Shown: piece by piece, positions 31,881-40,336 of the stretch
Layout: each line of letters opens with the position of its first letter
How positions within the stretch are numbered: position 1 is the stretch's first letter
NCBI GenBank assembly: GCA_016176465.1
Contig: JACOXD010000005.1
Location: forward strand, 3,741-67,740
Direction of reading: 5' to 3'
Length of the DNA stretch: 64,000 bases
From: Candidatus Daviesbacteria bacterium
GTDB taxonomy: Bacteria > Patescibacteriota > Microgenomatia > Daviesbacterales > UBA10151
Notes under the pieces: model-generated
The model's input: only the letters and a program-made list of their open reading frames with translations
Told to the model about the DNA's origin: nothing
Databases searched by the model: none
Translations under genes and position numbers: made by a program

Positions 31881-33203
31881 ATGACAAAAGCACGTGTTGA
31901 ACCACGCATGGCAGCACATCTTGCTAAATTAGATAAATATAGGCAAGCACAATTAAGTAAGGATGATCAACGGAGTAATGAATCCTCAAAACGCAAACTA
32001 GCAGCCTTGCATGGCGCAGCAAGTGAAATAGAAAGATTTCTAAACAGCACTGGTGAATATCTCAGGAATGTTACTTCCAGAACAAGAAGAATGTTGAGTG
32101 AAGGATTGGGAGGTGAACCCCAATATTTTGGTTACGCCGAAGATACTTTTCCGATATCTTTAAAACCAGAAGCAACCAGATTATTAAAAAAAGCCATGCA
32201 AATAATGGATGAGAAAGGTTTTAGATTTGGACCAGCATTACTTACACCAAGAGAACATAAGGAGATAGGAAGCTCAGGTTATGGAGGAATTTTCTGGGAC
32301 TATGATCCGGATATGCCGGTTCCTTTGATACAAACTATTCTTGTTGCGGAAGGGAAAAAAGATGTTCCGGATAGTGCTGAGGTTTATACCCAAGATGAAA
32401 TAGATAGAGCCCGTCGCTTAACAGGCGAAACTGCACTTGATCCTCAAACAGGAAGAGTTACAAAACTTGTAGATTCTGAAGCAGCAAATGATTCATATTA
32501 TTTCCTTTCTCCTCAAAGACGTGAGGAGATTATGAGAGAAGAAGAGGATTTACTTACTTCCTTAGAACAACTGGCTAATACAGGATTTAGAAGACATCAT
32601 AAAGTTGCAACTTTATTAGCTGATTTAGAAGCTGTAGCCGAAGGCCAAATTACAACTCCTGGATTAAAAAGAAGGTTCAGAAGTGTTCTAAAAGAGGTTC
32701 CTTCACGCCACCCAATAAGTTTGGAAGGTTACGTACGTGATTTAAGAAAAATAGCTTTTGAAACAGGAAAATGGGATTTAATTTTAACACCTCAAGAAGT
32801 TTTGCTAAGGGCAGGAGGAAGGGTAGATCTCCTATATTTAACAAGACCTTATACTCCGCTAGCAATACAGGATGGAACACCAATTGCTGATATTGCAAAA
32901 ATAAGAAAAGGGGAAAGATCAATGGTAGTAAATACAGACTTAATGGATTATGAGATGCCTTTTGGATTTAGACTAGAAAGATTAGATGCAAAGGGTAATA
33001 CTGTACGAAGCCCTACATTTTTAAATCATAATGATGGAGTAACCCCTTTAACCGACAGAATTAAAGAGTTTTATGCAGGACAAGTTAATGTTCCTTTTGC
33101 AAGACCTGAAGACTGGCATTATGAAGGAAGAGATGATAAAAAAACCCACCCTTTAGAAAAATTAGCTCAGTCTATACTAAACTACACCCTCCGGGTGAGT
33201 TAG
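31881..33203 (+). CDS. hypothetical protein (about 440 aa), conspicuously GC-rich; probable ATG start at 31881 (the track starts at TTG 31842)
   Basis: Uniform protein-like composition with no recognised domain. The C-terminal codons …YTLRVS* are formed by the family-2 REP hairpin. Confidence 0.5.
   Translation: MTKARVEPRMAAHLAKLDKYRQAQLSKDDQRSNESSKRKLAALHGAASEIERFLNSTGEYLRNVTSRTRRMLSEGLGGEPQYFGYAEDTFPISLKPEATRLLKKAMQIMDEKGFRFGPALLTPREHKEIGSSGYGGIFWDYDPDMPVPLIQTILVAEGKKDVPDSAEVYTQDEIDRARRLTGETALDPQTGRVTKLVDSEAANDSYYFLSPQRREEIMREEEDLLTSLEQLANTGFRRHHKVATLLADLEAVAEGQITTPGLKRRFRSVLKEVPSRHPISLEGYVRDLRKIAFETGKWDLILTPQEVLLRAGGRVDLLYLTRPYTPLAIQDGTPIADIAKIRKGERSMVVNTDLMDYEMPFGFRLERLDAKGNTVRSPTFLNHNDGVTPLTDRIKEFYAGQVNVPFARPEDWHYEGRDDKKTHPLEKLAQSILNYTLRVS
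33184..33199. repeat. family-2 REP-like hairpin (TACACCCTCCGGGTGA), left flank of the RayT-like gene, inverted relative to the right flank
   Basis: Reverse complement equals the TCACCCGGAGGGTGTA core. Confidence 0.65.
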
Positions 33204-33247
33204 CTTCACATCTTTTCTTTTAAATTTCATTTTGTTACTCTGTTGTT

Positions 33248-33919
33248 GTGGCAACTAAGAGAAAAATAGTTTTTATTAACAATGGTTTCTATCATGTTTT
33301 CAACAGGGGAATAGAGAAAAGACCAATATTTACTAATCAATGGGAATTAAAAAGAGCCGAAGAGCTAATGAAATTTTACCAATATCAAAATACACCCATT
33401 AGATTCTCTCAGTTTAACCTTCTTTCAAAAGAAAGGCAGCAAGAAATTTGGGAAATTATTTCTACAAGCAAAAAATTAATTGAAATAATCTGTTTCTGCT
33501 TCATGCCCAATCATTTTCACTTTTTATTAAAACAATTAGAAGATAAAGGTGTCGCTACCTTTATAGCAAATTTTACAAATGCTTATACCAAATATTTTAA
33601 TACTAGATACCAAAGAATAGGTCCTTTATTTGAAGGAGTGTTCAAAGCAGTATATGTAGAAACTGATGAGCAACTAATTCACCTTTCTCGATATATCCAC
33701 CTTAACCCAGTCTCATCGAGTCTAATTGAAACTAGTAAGCTCGAAAACTATGTTTGGTCTTCCTATCCCAACTATTTAACTAACAAAAATGATAATATTA
33801 TTGAAAGAAAACTTATCTTAAGCTTCTTTAAATCTGTGGCTGAATATAAACGATTTGTTCTTGACCAAGCCAGTTATGCTAGAGAATTAAATAAAATTAA
33901 GCATAAAATACTAGAATAG
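33248..33919 (+). mobile_element. IS200-like / REP-associated tyrosine transposase (RayT-like, HUH Y1 family)
   Basis: GFYHVFNRG, the HUH motif MPNHFHFLL, and the catalytic Tyr in RYIHLNP. It is flanked by inverted copies of a GC-rich hairpin rather than by IS200/605 ends plus tnpB. Confidence 0.7.
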
Positions 33920-33939
33920 AGAAGACGTGTAAACGTATT

Positions 33940-33955
33940 TCACCCGGAGGGTGTA
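33940..33955. repeat. family-2 REP-like hairpin (TCACCCGGAGGGTGTA), right flank of the RayT-like gene
   Basis: Identical core to the pheT copy; the flank AACGTATT matches AACGTAAA. Confidence 0.65.
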
Positions 33956-33963
33956 AAGGATAA

Positions 33964-34341
33964 ATGAAAACAGCTAAGGACCCAAGACATTTGCAAAGAA
34001 TTAGAGTTGTTCAAAATCTTTATGCTAAGGATATGAACAAACAGCATGAGGAAGATACATCTATTTCAGACATTGTCAGTAATGTGGAGGGGACAAGAGA
34101 AAAGATTGATAAAGAAGTCTTGGATGCGGCTCCCACTTGGCCTCTGGAGAAAATAAATAAGATAGACTTGGCTATTTTGAGGCTGGCTATTTTTGAGCTT
34201 TTAATAGAAGGTAAAACCCCACCAAAGGTTATTGTAGATGAAGCTGTCGAGATTGCTAAAGAATATGGTTCTGACTCATCAGCTTCTTTTATTAATGGAG
34301 TTTTAGGTAAAGTGATAGAGACTCATCAAATAAAAATTTAA
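33964..34341 (+). CDS. nusB: transcription antitermination factor NusB
   Basis: …DLAILRLAIFELL…EAVEIAKEYG…. Confidence 0.8.
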   Translation: MKTAKDPRHLQRIRVVQNLYAKDMNKQHEEDTSISDIVSNVEGTREKIDKEVLDAAPTWPLEKINKIDLAILRLAIFELLIEGKTPPKVIVDEAVEIAKEYGSDSSASFINGVLGKVIETHQIKI

Positions 34342-34413
34342 TTTTCCCACCCTTGACATAATCCGTTTTATTAGATAATTTGGATTAATAGCAAAATAAA
34401 AAAGAAAGGTTAT

Positions 34414-34478
34414 ACTGGACAATTTTGCAATGCTGACTGTACTAAAAACGAAAGTTACGTCAAAATTTGTCCAAAAAA
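34414..34478. repeat. family-4 palindromic upstream element, copy A (ACTGGACAATTTTGCA…GTCAAAATTTGTCCAAAAAAA) abutting a start codon
   Basis: About 80% identical to 35974-36039. The termini are inverted repeats (TGGACAATTTTG / CAAAATTTGTCCA). Confidence 0.65.
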
Positions 34479-34715
34479 ATGAACACTCAAAAAGAAGTCA
34501 TTGCTGCTATTGCCAAACATTTAGCTGTAACTCCTGCTGATATAGACATTAGTGCTTCTTTGGCCGAGGATTTAGGTTTAGGTCCATTGGAAAAAGCTGA
34601 TTTACTTTCCAACCTATCTTCACAATTTAAAGTGACATTTGATCCGCTTGAGGTAGAAAATATTGAGACAGTACATGACATTGTTGTAATGATTGAAGAT
34701 TTATTGATCGAGTAA
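34479..34715 (+). CDS. acyl-carrier-protein-like (PP-binding fold) protein lacking the phosphopantetheine Ser
   Basis: …EDLGLGPLEKADLL… aligns with the ACP DLGADSLDTVEL motif, with the Ser replaced by Pro. The ATG at 34479 is preferred over the TTG at 34467. Confidence 0.4.
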   Translation: MNTQKEVIAAIAKHLAVTPADIDISASLAEDLGLGPLEKADLLSNLSSQFKVTFDPLEVENIETVHDIVVMIEDLLIE

Positions 34716-34837
34716 CAACCTCAAACTTCGTTTGAGAACGTTGGTCCTTTTAAAGGAGTAAGTGGCAAGAGTCTAGAGTGAAGCGTCTAATATACATGCT
34801 CTTGATTCCAGACTCTAGCGACTAGACTCTAACTAGT

Positions 34838-35491
34838 ATGCTGGATAATACATTATTAAAAAAACCCATTTTCCAAACTGCATTTACCCATCGATCTTTT
34901 CTAAACGAAGCATCGGGAAATATTGAATCTAATGAACGGCTAGAATTTTTAGGTGATGCAATACTATCTTTTATAATTTCTTCGTATCTGTTTGATTCCA
35001 GGCTATCTGATACTGAAGGAGAACTTACCAATTTGCGCTCTTTTATTGTTAAAACAGCCTCTTTGGCCAAAGCTGCAGAAAATTTAAATCTAGGAAAATA
35101 CTTAAGAATGTCTAAAGGCGAAGAGATGACAGGCGGTAGAGAGAACACTCAGCTTTTGGCTAATACTTATGAGGCATTGTTGGGAGCTGTTTATGTAGAT
35201 CAAGGCTTAGAGGAAGCTAAAAAATTTGTTAAAAAAACACTAATACCACTTTTTGAGTCAGAGCTAAGGTCCGGTCCCCCAAAGGATGCCAAATCAAGGC
35301 TACAAGAGCTATCTCAAACATTAACCAAGCAATCCCCAAAATATAAAATTATTAAAACTACCGGTCCAGATCATGCCAAGACTTTTAGTGTAGGAGTTTA
35401 CCTGCAAGGGAAACAGCTGGGGGAGGGTTCTGGGGCTTCCAAGCAGGAAGCGGAAGGAGAAGCGGCTAAAATAGCTTTAAAAAAAATATAA
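34838..35491 (+). CDS. rnc: ribonuclease III
   Basis: ERLEFLGDAIL signature and a C-terminal dsRBD. Confidence 0.85.
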   Translation: MLDNTLLKKPIFQTAFTHRSFLNEASGNIESNERLEFLGDAILSFIISSYLFDSRLSDTEGELTNLRSFIVKTASLAKAAENLNLGKYLRMSKGEEMTGGRENTQLLANTYEALLGAVYVDQGLEEAKKFVKKTLIPLFESELRSGPPKDAKSRLQELSQTLTKQSPKYKIIKTTGPDHAKTFSVGVYLQGKQLGEGSGASKQEAEGEAAKIALKKI

Positions 35492-35547
35492 CACCTTGTA
35501 GTTGACTCTCACAAGCTCGATCCCGTATACTTACACAACTAATTTGT

Positions 35548-35973
35548 ATGCCAGTAAAAGTAAGATTAATGCGAATAGGTACTAAAAAACACCCATTTTA
35601 CAGGATAGTTGCAGTGGATGAAAGACATAAAAGAACAGGTGGATATTTGGAGCTTTTAGGCACATATAACCCTATTAGCAAACCTAAAGAGATTAAGCTG
35701 GATCAAAAAAAGATCGATGAGTGGATTAAAAAAGGAGCCCAAATGTCAGAGGGGTTTTTAAGAATAATTGGCAAGGCTCCAAAACACCCTCCTAAACCTC
35801 CAAAGAAACAAAAGAAAGAAGCAGCAGTTGAGGCTACTCCTGAAGCAGCGTCTACTGAAGTGCCAAAAGTTCAAGAGGTTTCAACAGAAGAGGTTAAACC
35901 TCAAGAAGAAATAGCACAAGAGTCTACACAACAAGAGGAATCCAAAACCACTGATAAAACAGAACAAAGCTAG
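35548..35973 (+). CDS. rpsP: 30S ribosomal protein S16 with a K/E-rich C-terminal extension
   Basis: MPVKVRLMRIGTKKHPFYRIVA…. Confidence 0.85.
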   Translation: MPVKVRLMRIGTKKHPFYRIVAVDERHKRTGGYLELLGTYNPISKPKEIKLDQKKIDEWIKKGAQMSEGFLRIIGKAPKHPPKPPKKQKKEAAVEATPEAASTEVPKVQEVSTEEVKPQEEIAQESTQQEESKTTDKTEQS

Positions 35974-36039
35974 ACTGGACGATTTTGCAGATTCGACTAT
36001 TTAAACTGAAAAAGTTAAGTCAAAATCTGTCCAAAAAAA
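35974..36039. repeat. family-4 palindromic upstream element, copy B
   Basis: ACTGGACGATTTTGCAG…AAGTTAAGTCAAAATCTGTCCAAAAAAAA, ending at the ATG of the KH-domain gene. Confidence 0.65.
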
Positions 36040-36297
36040 ATGAAAGATTTAATAGATTATATTGTTAAAAGTATTGTAACCAAGCCTGAAGCAGTATCAA
36101 TAGAAGAAATTAAAGATGAATCAGGAATTATTTTGAGACTAACAGTTGATCCAACTGATATGGGAATAGTAATTGGGAAAAGCGGACAAACTATCCAAGC
36201 CCTTAGAAAAATCTTAACTGTTAGGGCAATGGCAGAAAATTCAAAAGTAAATTTACAGCTTATAGAAACAGAACAACCTCAAAAAACTGAGGAATGA
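36040..36297 (+). CDS. KH-domain RNA-binding protein (YlqC/UPF0109-like)
   Basis: …GIVIGKSGQTIQALR… in the conserved rpsP-KH-(rimM)-trmD context. Confidence 0.7.
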   Translation: MKDLIDYIVKSIVTKPEAVSIEEIKDESGIILRLTVDPTDMGIVIGKSGQTIQALRKILTVRAMAENSKVNLQLIETEQPQKTEE

Positions 36298-36974
36298 AAA
36301 TTTCAGTCATTACTCTTTTCCCAGAAATCTTTCCCCAAGTATTAGATTCTAGTATTTTAGGCAGAGCTCAAAAAAAAGGTAAATTAGCTATTGAATATAT
36401 AAATTTAAGGAATTTTGGGGAAGGAGCTCATAAAGTAGTAGATGGAAGACCATATGGAGGGGGGGTTGGAATGGTTTTAAAGGCAGATATTTTAGCCAAA
36501 GCTTGGAAGTCCATTGTTCAAATAAAAGACTATCAACCATGGACCGCATTGATGTCGGCATCAGGGAGTCCTTTTTCTCAAAAAAAAGCCAAGCGCTTAT
36601 CCAAGCTTAAACATTTAATAATTGTTTGCGGACACTATGAGGGAGTGGATCAGCGTTTTATTGAAAACTACATTGATGAGGAAATATCAATTGGAGATTA
36701 CATATTGACTGGAGGAGAATTACCAGCAATGGTAGTTATCGATACCCTTGTAAGGTTAATTCCAGGAGTTTTGGAAAAAGAAGATGCAGTAAAGTTTGAA
36801 AGTTTTGAAAAAAATCTGCTGGAAGGACCACAATACACCAGACCAGAGGAATTTGAAAAATTAAAAGTTCCGAAAGTTTTATTATCAGGTAATCACCAAG
36901 AAATTGCTAAGTGGAGAAAAGAAAAATCTTTAGAGAAAACTAAAAAAATAAGACCTGATTTGTTAAAAAAATAA
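36294..36974 (+). CDS. trmD: tRNA (guanine37-N1)-methyltransferase
   Basis: MKISVITLFPE…, the SPOUT fold, and operon context. Confidence 0.85.
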   Translation: MKISVITLFPEIFPQVLDSSILGRAQKKGKLAIEYINLRNFGEGAHKVVDGRPYGGGVGMVLKADILAKAWKSIVQIKDYQPWTALMSASGSPFSQKKAKRLSKLKHLIIVCGHYEGVDQRFIENYIDEEISIGDYILTGGELPAMVVIDTLVRLIPGVLEKEDAVKFESFEKNLLEGPQYTRPEEFEKLKVPKVLLSGNHQEIAKWRKEKSLEKTKKIRPDLLKK

Positions 36975-36981
36975 TATTTTT

Positions 36982-37009
36982 TTGACAAATGTAGAAAATT
37001 TGATATAAT
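36982..37009 (+). promoter_or_regulatory. near-consensus sigma-70 promoter for the trp operon (TTGACA-N16-TGaTATAAT)
   Basis: TTGACA at 36982-36987 and an extended -10 TGATATAAT at 37001-37009. Confidence 0.6.
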
Positions 37010-37011
37010 AG

Positions 37012-37357
37012 TTATTACAATTTAATACTTAAATGCGTTGATCTGGATGGTTGGAACCAGGGAGCTGAGCAGCAAATCCCACTTCGTTAAAGCTACGAGG
37101 GATGAATATGCTACAGAGACGAAACTGTAAAAGAAAGTAACATGTGTCGAAGATTCGGAGCATGTCATGAATAAGGCTAATTATTCTGATAAGCTCGCAA
37201 AAGCGAGTTTTTTAATGGAAAATTAGCAGTACAAGGTGGCACAGTCATAAAAGGCCCTTGTTAGATCATCAAGTCTGGTGATTTAGCAAGGGCTTTTTAC
37301 GTCCGAAGGAGGCAAGGTTCTGGCAACAGACAGGTTCTTATTTTAAAAAGGAAATAT
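37012..37357 (+). promoter_or_regulatory. about 345-nt structured leader of the trp operon with two terminator-like hairpins (T-box-like or other riboswitch/attenuator)
   Basis: Hairpins CTCGCaaaaGCGAG+T6 (37194-37213) and AGGCCCTTG…CAAGGGCT+T5 (37252-37299). AATTAGCAGTACAAGGTGGCAC just 5' of the terminator resembles the T-box box. UGG-A triplets sit in the 5' stem region. No Trp-rich leader peptide is present. Confidence 0.4.
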
Positions 37358-38734
37358 ATGAATTTACCTAAAGTAGTCATTAAGGATAAACCAAAATACA
37401 TCAAGTTTGCAGAAAACTTAGATTTTTTTGAAGTTTTTAAAAAGATCGAGCAAAATTTTGATACATGTTTTATTTTCGAGTCCCTTGGTGAAGAGGGAAA
37501 GTTTTCTCGCTACTGCCTAATCGGTTTTAATCCTACTCATATTATTTCTGGCAGAGAAAATAATTTATTTATTGATGGCAAAAAATTTCCGGTTAAAAAT
37601 CCTTATTTTGCTTTGAGAGAAATTATGCCGACTAATGTAATTTCTAGAAATTATGCTGGAGGATTAATAGGATATCTAAGTTATGAGGCAGTTAACTTTT
37701 TTGAAAGTTCGCTAAATATTAAAATTCATGACTCATTTGACCAATTTATGTTTGGTGTTTATATGGATGGACTAATTTTAGACAAATTAACTAATGAGCT
37801 TTTTTATTTTTTTTATGAAAAAAATAGATTAGGGGATTTAGAAAAATCTATTAATTCAAAAATTAAAAAAATTAAATTAAAGGTAAAGTTCATAAAAGAT
37901 GACCTAACAAAAAAACAACACCAAAAAATTGTTGAAAAAGTTAAGATGCAAATTATTGCGGGCAATACTTTTCAATGCGAAGTGGGTTTTAAAAGTAAGT
38001 ATCAAATTGAGGGTGACAGCTTAGAAATTTATCAAAAACTAAGAGAAATGAATCCATCTCCTTTTATGTATTATTTAAAGTTCGCTGATGAGCGAAGCTC
38101 CTCTGCTATGCAGAGTAAAAAAATAATTGGTGCATCTCCTGAGCTACTTTTTTCTTTAAGAAGCGGCGAGATGGCAACTAGACCCTTAGCAGGTACCATC
38201 AAAAGAGGAGCAACAGAAAAAGAGGATCAAGAATTAGCAAGACAGTTATTAAATGACCCAAAGGAAATTGCAGAACATAATATGTTGGTGGATCTCCATC
38301 GAAATGATATTGGCAGAGTAGCTAAATTTGGCACTGTACGAATTAGGGATCTAATGACTATAAAGAAATTTTCTCATGTCCAGCACATCTCTTCGGAAAT
38401 AAATGGCCTTATTTCCCCAAAAGAAGATATGTTTACATCCCTAGCCAGTAACTTTCCTATGGGTACAGTTTGTGGAACTCCTAAAGTAGAAACTATTAAG
38501 ATCATTGATTCAAATGAAAGAGAGGCAAGAGGGCCTTATGGAGGCGGGGTTGGACATTTTGGCTTTAACGGGGATTGTACCTTTGCCCTCGCTTTGCGTT
38601 CATTATTTATTAGTGGAAACTTAGCTTTCACCCAAACATCTGGTGGAATAGTTTATGATTCAAAACCGGAAAAAGAGTATGAAGAGATTGAAAGAAAGTT
38701 AGCAGCAATGAAAAAGGTTTTAAATAGTTTATGA
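37358..38734 (+). CDS. trpE: anthranilate synthase component I
   Basis: Chorismate-binding C-terminal block (…LAGTIKRGAT…HNMLVDL…GPYGG…). Confidence 0.8.
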   Translation: MNLPKVVIKDKPKYIKFAENLDFFEVFKKIEQNFDTCFIFESLGEEGKFSRYCLIGFNPTHIISGRENNLFIDGKKFPVKNPYFALREIMPTNVISRNYAGGLIGYLSYEAVNFFESSLNIKIHDSFDQFMFGVYMDGLILDKLTNELFYFFYEKNRLGDLEKSINSKIKKIKLKVKFIKDDLTKKQHQKIVEKVKMQIIAGNTFQCEVGFKSKYQIEGDSLEIYQKLREMNPSPFMYYLKFADERSSSAMQSKKIIGASPELLFSLRSGEMATRPLAGTIKRGATEKEDQELARQLLNDPKEIAEHNMLVDLHRNDIGRVAKFGTVRIRDLMTIKKFSHVQHISSEINGLISPKEDMFTSLASNFPMGTVCGTPKVETIKIIDSNEREARGPYGGGVGHFGFNGDCTFALALRSLFISGNLAFTQTSGGIVYDSKPEKEYEEIERKLAAMKKVLNSL

Positions 38735-39336
38735 GAATTTTACTAATTGATAATTATGATTCTTTTACTTTCAATCTTTACCAGTATCTGGGAGAGATTT
38801 TAACTGCTGCAAACTTAGATTTTCAAATTGATGTTATTAGAAATGATGAATTAACTCTTGATGAAATAAAAAGTAGGGACTATCAAAAAATTATTATCTC
38901 TCCTGGACCAGGAGATCCATCAATAAAAAAATATTTTGGTGTTTGTAGTGATGTTTTAGTTAACCTAAGCAAGGAGATTCCAATTTTAGGGGTATGTTTA
39001 GGAATGCAAGGAATGGCTCATTATTTTGGTGGCAAAGTAGTTCGGGCAAAACTTCCAATGCATGGAAAAGTAAGTTTAATTTCTCATGATAGGAAAGGGG
39101 TTTTTAGCAGCTTACCTCAAGGATTAGAAGTGATGAGATATCATTCTTTAGTTGTTGATAAAAACTCACTCCCAAAATGCTTTGAGATAACAGCAACATC
39201 AGAAGATACGAAAGAAATCATGGGCATTAGACATAAACTATATCCGCTTGAAGGCGTTCAATTTCATCCTGAATCTTTTGCCACAGAAGGAGGAAAAGAA
39301 ATCTTAAAAAATTTTTTATTAAATTATGGAAATTAA
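38731..39336 (+). CDS. trpG: anthranilate synthase component II (glutamine amidotransferase)
   Basis: Catalytic GVCLGMQ and the His/Glu pair. Confidence 0.8.
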   Translation: MRILLIDNYDSFTFNLYQYLGEILTAANLDFQIDVIRNDELTLDEIKSRDYQKIIISPGPGDPSIKKYFGVCSDVLVNLSKEIPILGVCLGMQGMAHYFGGKVVRAKLPMHGKVSLISHDRKGVFSSLPQGLEVMRYHSLVVDKNSLPKCFEITATSEDTKEIMGIRHKLYPLEGVQFHPESFATEGGKEILKNFLLNYGN

Positions 39337-40336
39337 AAATTCAATTAGCAAACTATTAAATAGAGAAGACCTATCAGAAAAAGAGGCAATCTTTTTTATA
39401 GATTCGCTAGCTTTGGGCAAAATTAACTCTTCTCAAATTGCAGCAGTATTAACTCTTTTAAAGATAAAAGGGGAAAGTACTGGTGAAGTTTTGGGGTTAA
39501 TTAAAGGGATGAGAAAGTATATGGTTTCTATAAATCATAGGGATCTCTGTATTGACACTTGTGGAACTGGAGGAGATGGGGCTAATACCTTTAATATTTC
39601 AACCATTACTGCCCTCGTAGTTGCAGGAGTTGGTGTTAAAGTAGCAAAGCATGGGAACAGAGCAGCATCGGGTAAATGTGGAAGTGCAGATATCTTGGAA
39701 GAATTAGGTGCAAACATTAGTTTAGATTCAAAAAAAGCAGAAGAGATTTTAAATGATTTAAATTTTACCTTTTTATTTGCTCCACTCTATCACCCAGTGA
39801 TGAAAATTCTTAGTCCAATAAGAAAAGATTTAAGTTTTCCAACAGTATTTAATTATATTGGTCCATTTTTAAATCCTGCAAAGGTAAAAAGACAAATAAT
39901 TGGAGTAGCTAGTATTTCAACAGCTAAAAAGTTAGCAGAAGCAGCTAAACATTTAGGTTACGAATATCTACTAATCATTAGCAGTAAGGATGGGTTGGAT
40001 GAAATTAGTTTAGGAGAAAAAACCGAAGGCTATGAAATTAAAGGAACTAAAATGAAAAAAATTATTATTGATCCATCAAGGTTGGGTTTTAAAAAAAGTC
40101 CTTTAAAGAATATCCAAACCAAAAGTATAGAGGAAAATAAAAAAATATTAACGGATATTTTAAATGGTAAACATGGTGATTGTCGTGATGTTGTTTTAGT
40201 AAATAGTGCTTATGCGTTATTGGTATCAGGTAAATCACAAACTCTAAAAGAAGCTTTGCAACTTGCTTCTGAGTCAATAGATTCAGGAAAAGCCCTAAAA
40301 GTTTTAAATAAATTTATACAAGGATCAAATCAATGA
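39326..40336 (+). CDS. trpD: anthranilate phosphoribosyltransferase
   Basis: …DTCGTGGDGANTFNIST…KHGNRAASGKCGSADILE…. Confidence 0.85.
   Translation: MEIKNSISKLLNREDLSEKEAIFFIDSLALGKINSSQIAAVLTLLKIKGESTGEVLGLIKGMRKYMVSINHRDLCIDTCGTGGDGANTFNISTITALVVAGVGVKVAKHGNRAASGKCGSADILEELGANISLDSKKAEEILNDLNFTFLFAPLYHPVMKILSPIRKDLSFPTVFNYIGPFLNPAKVKRQIIGVASISTAKKLAEAAKHLGYEYLLIISSKDGLDEISLGEKTEGYEIKGTKMKKIIIDPSRLGFKKSPLKNIQTKSIEENKKILTDILNGKHGDCRDVVLVNSAYALLVSGKSQTLKEALQLASESIDSGKALKVLNKFIQGSNQ

Noticed and set aside
34716-34837. AGACTCTAG / GAGTCTAGAG repeats in the spacer before rnc
   Set aside because: Short local direct/inverted repeats with no second locus. Most likely a simple terminator or operator-like spacer structure; too little to call.
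34822-35148. Minus-strand 108-aa ORF
   Set aside because: Lies antisense within rnc, which has clear RNase III motifs.
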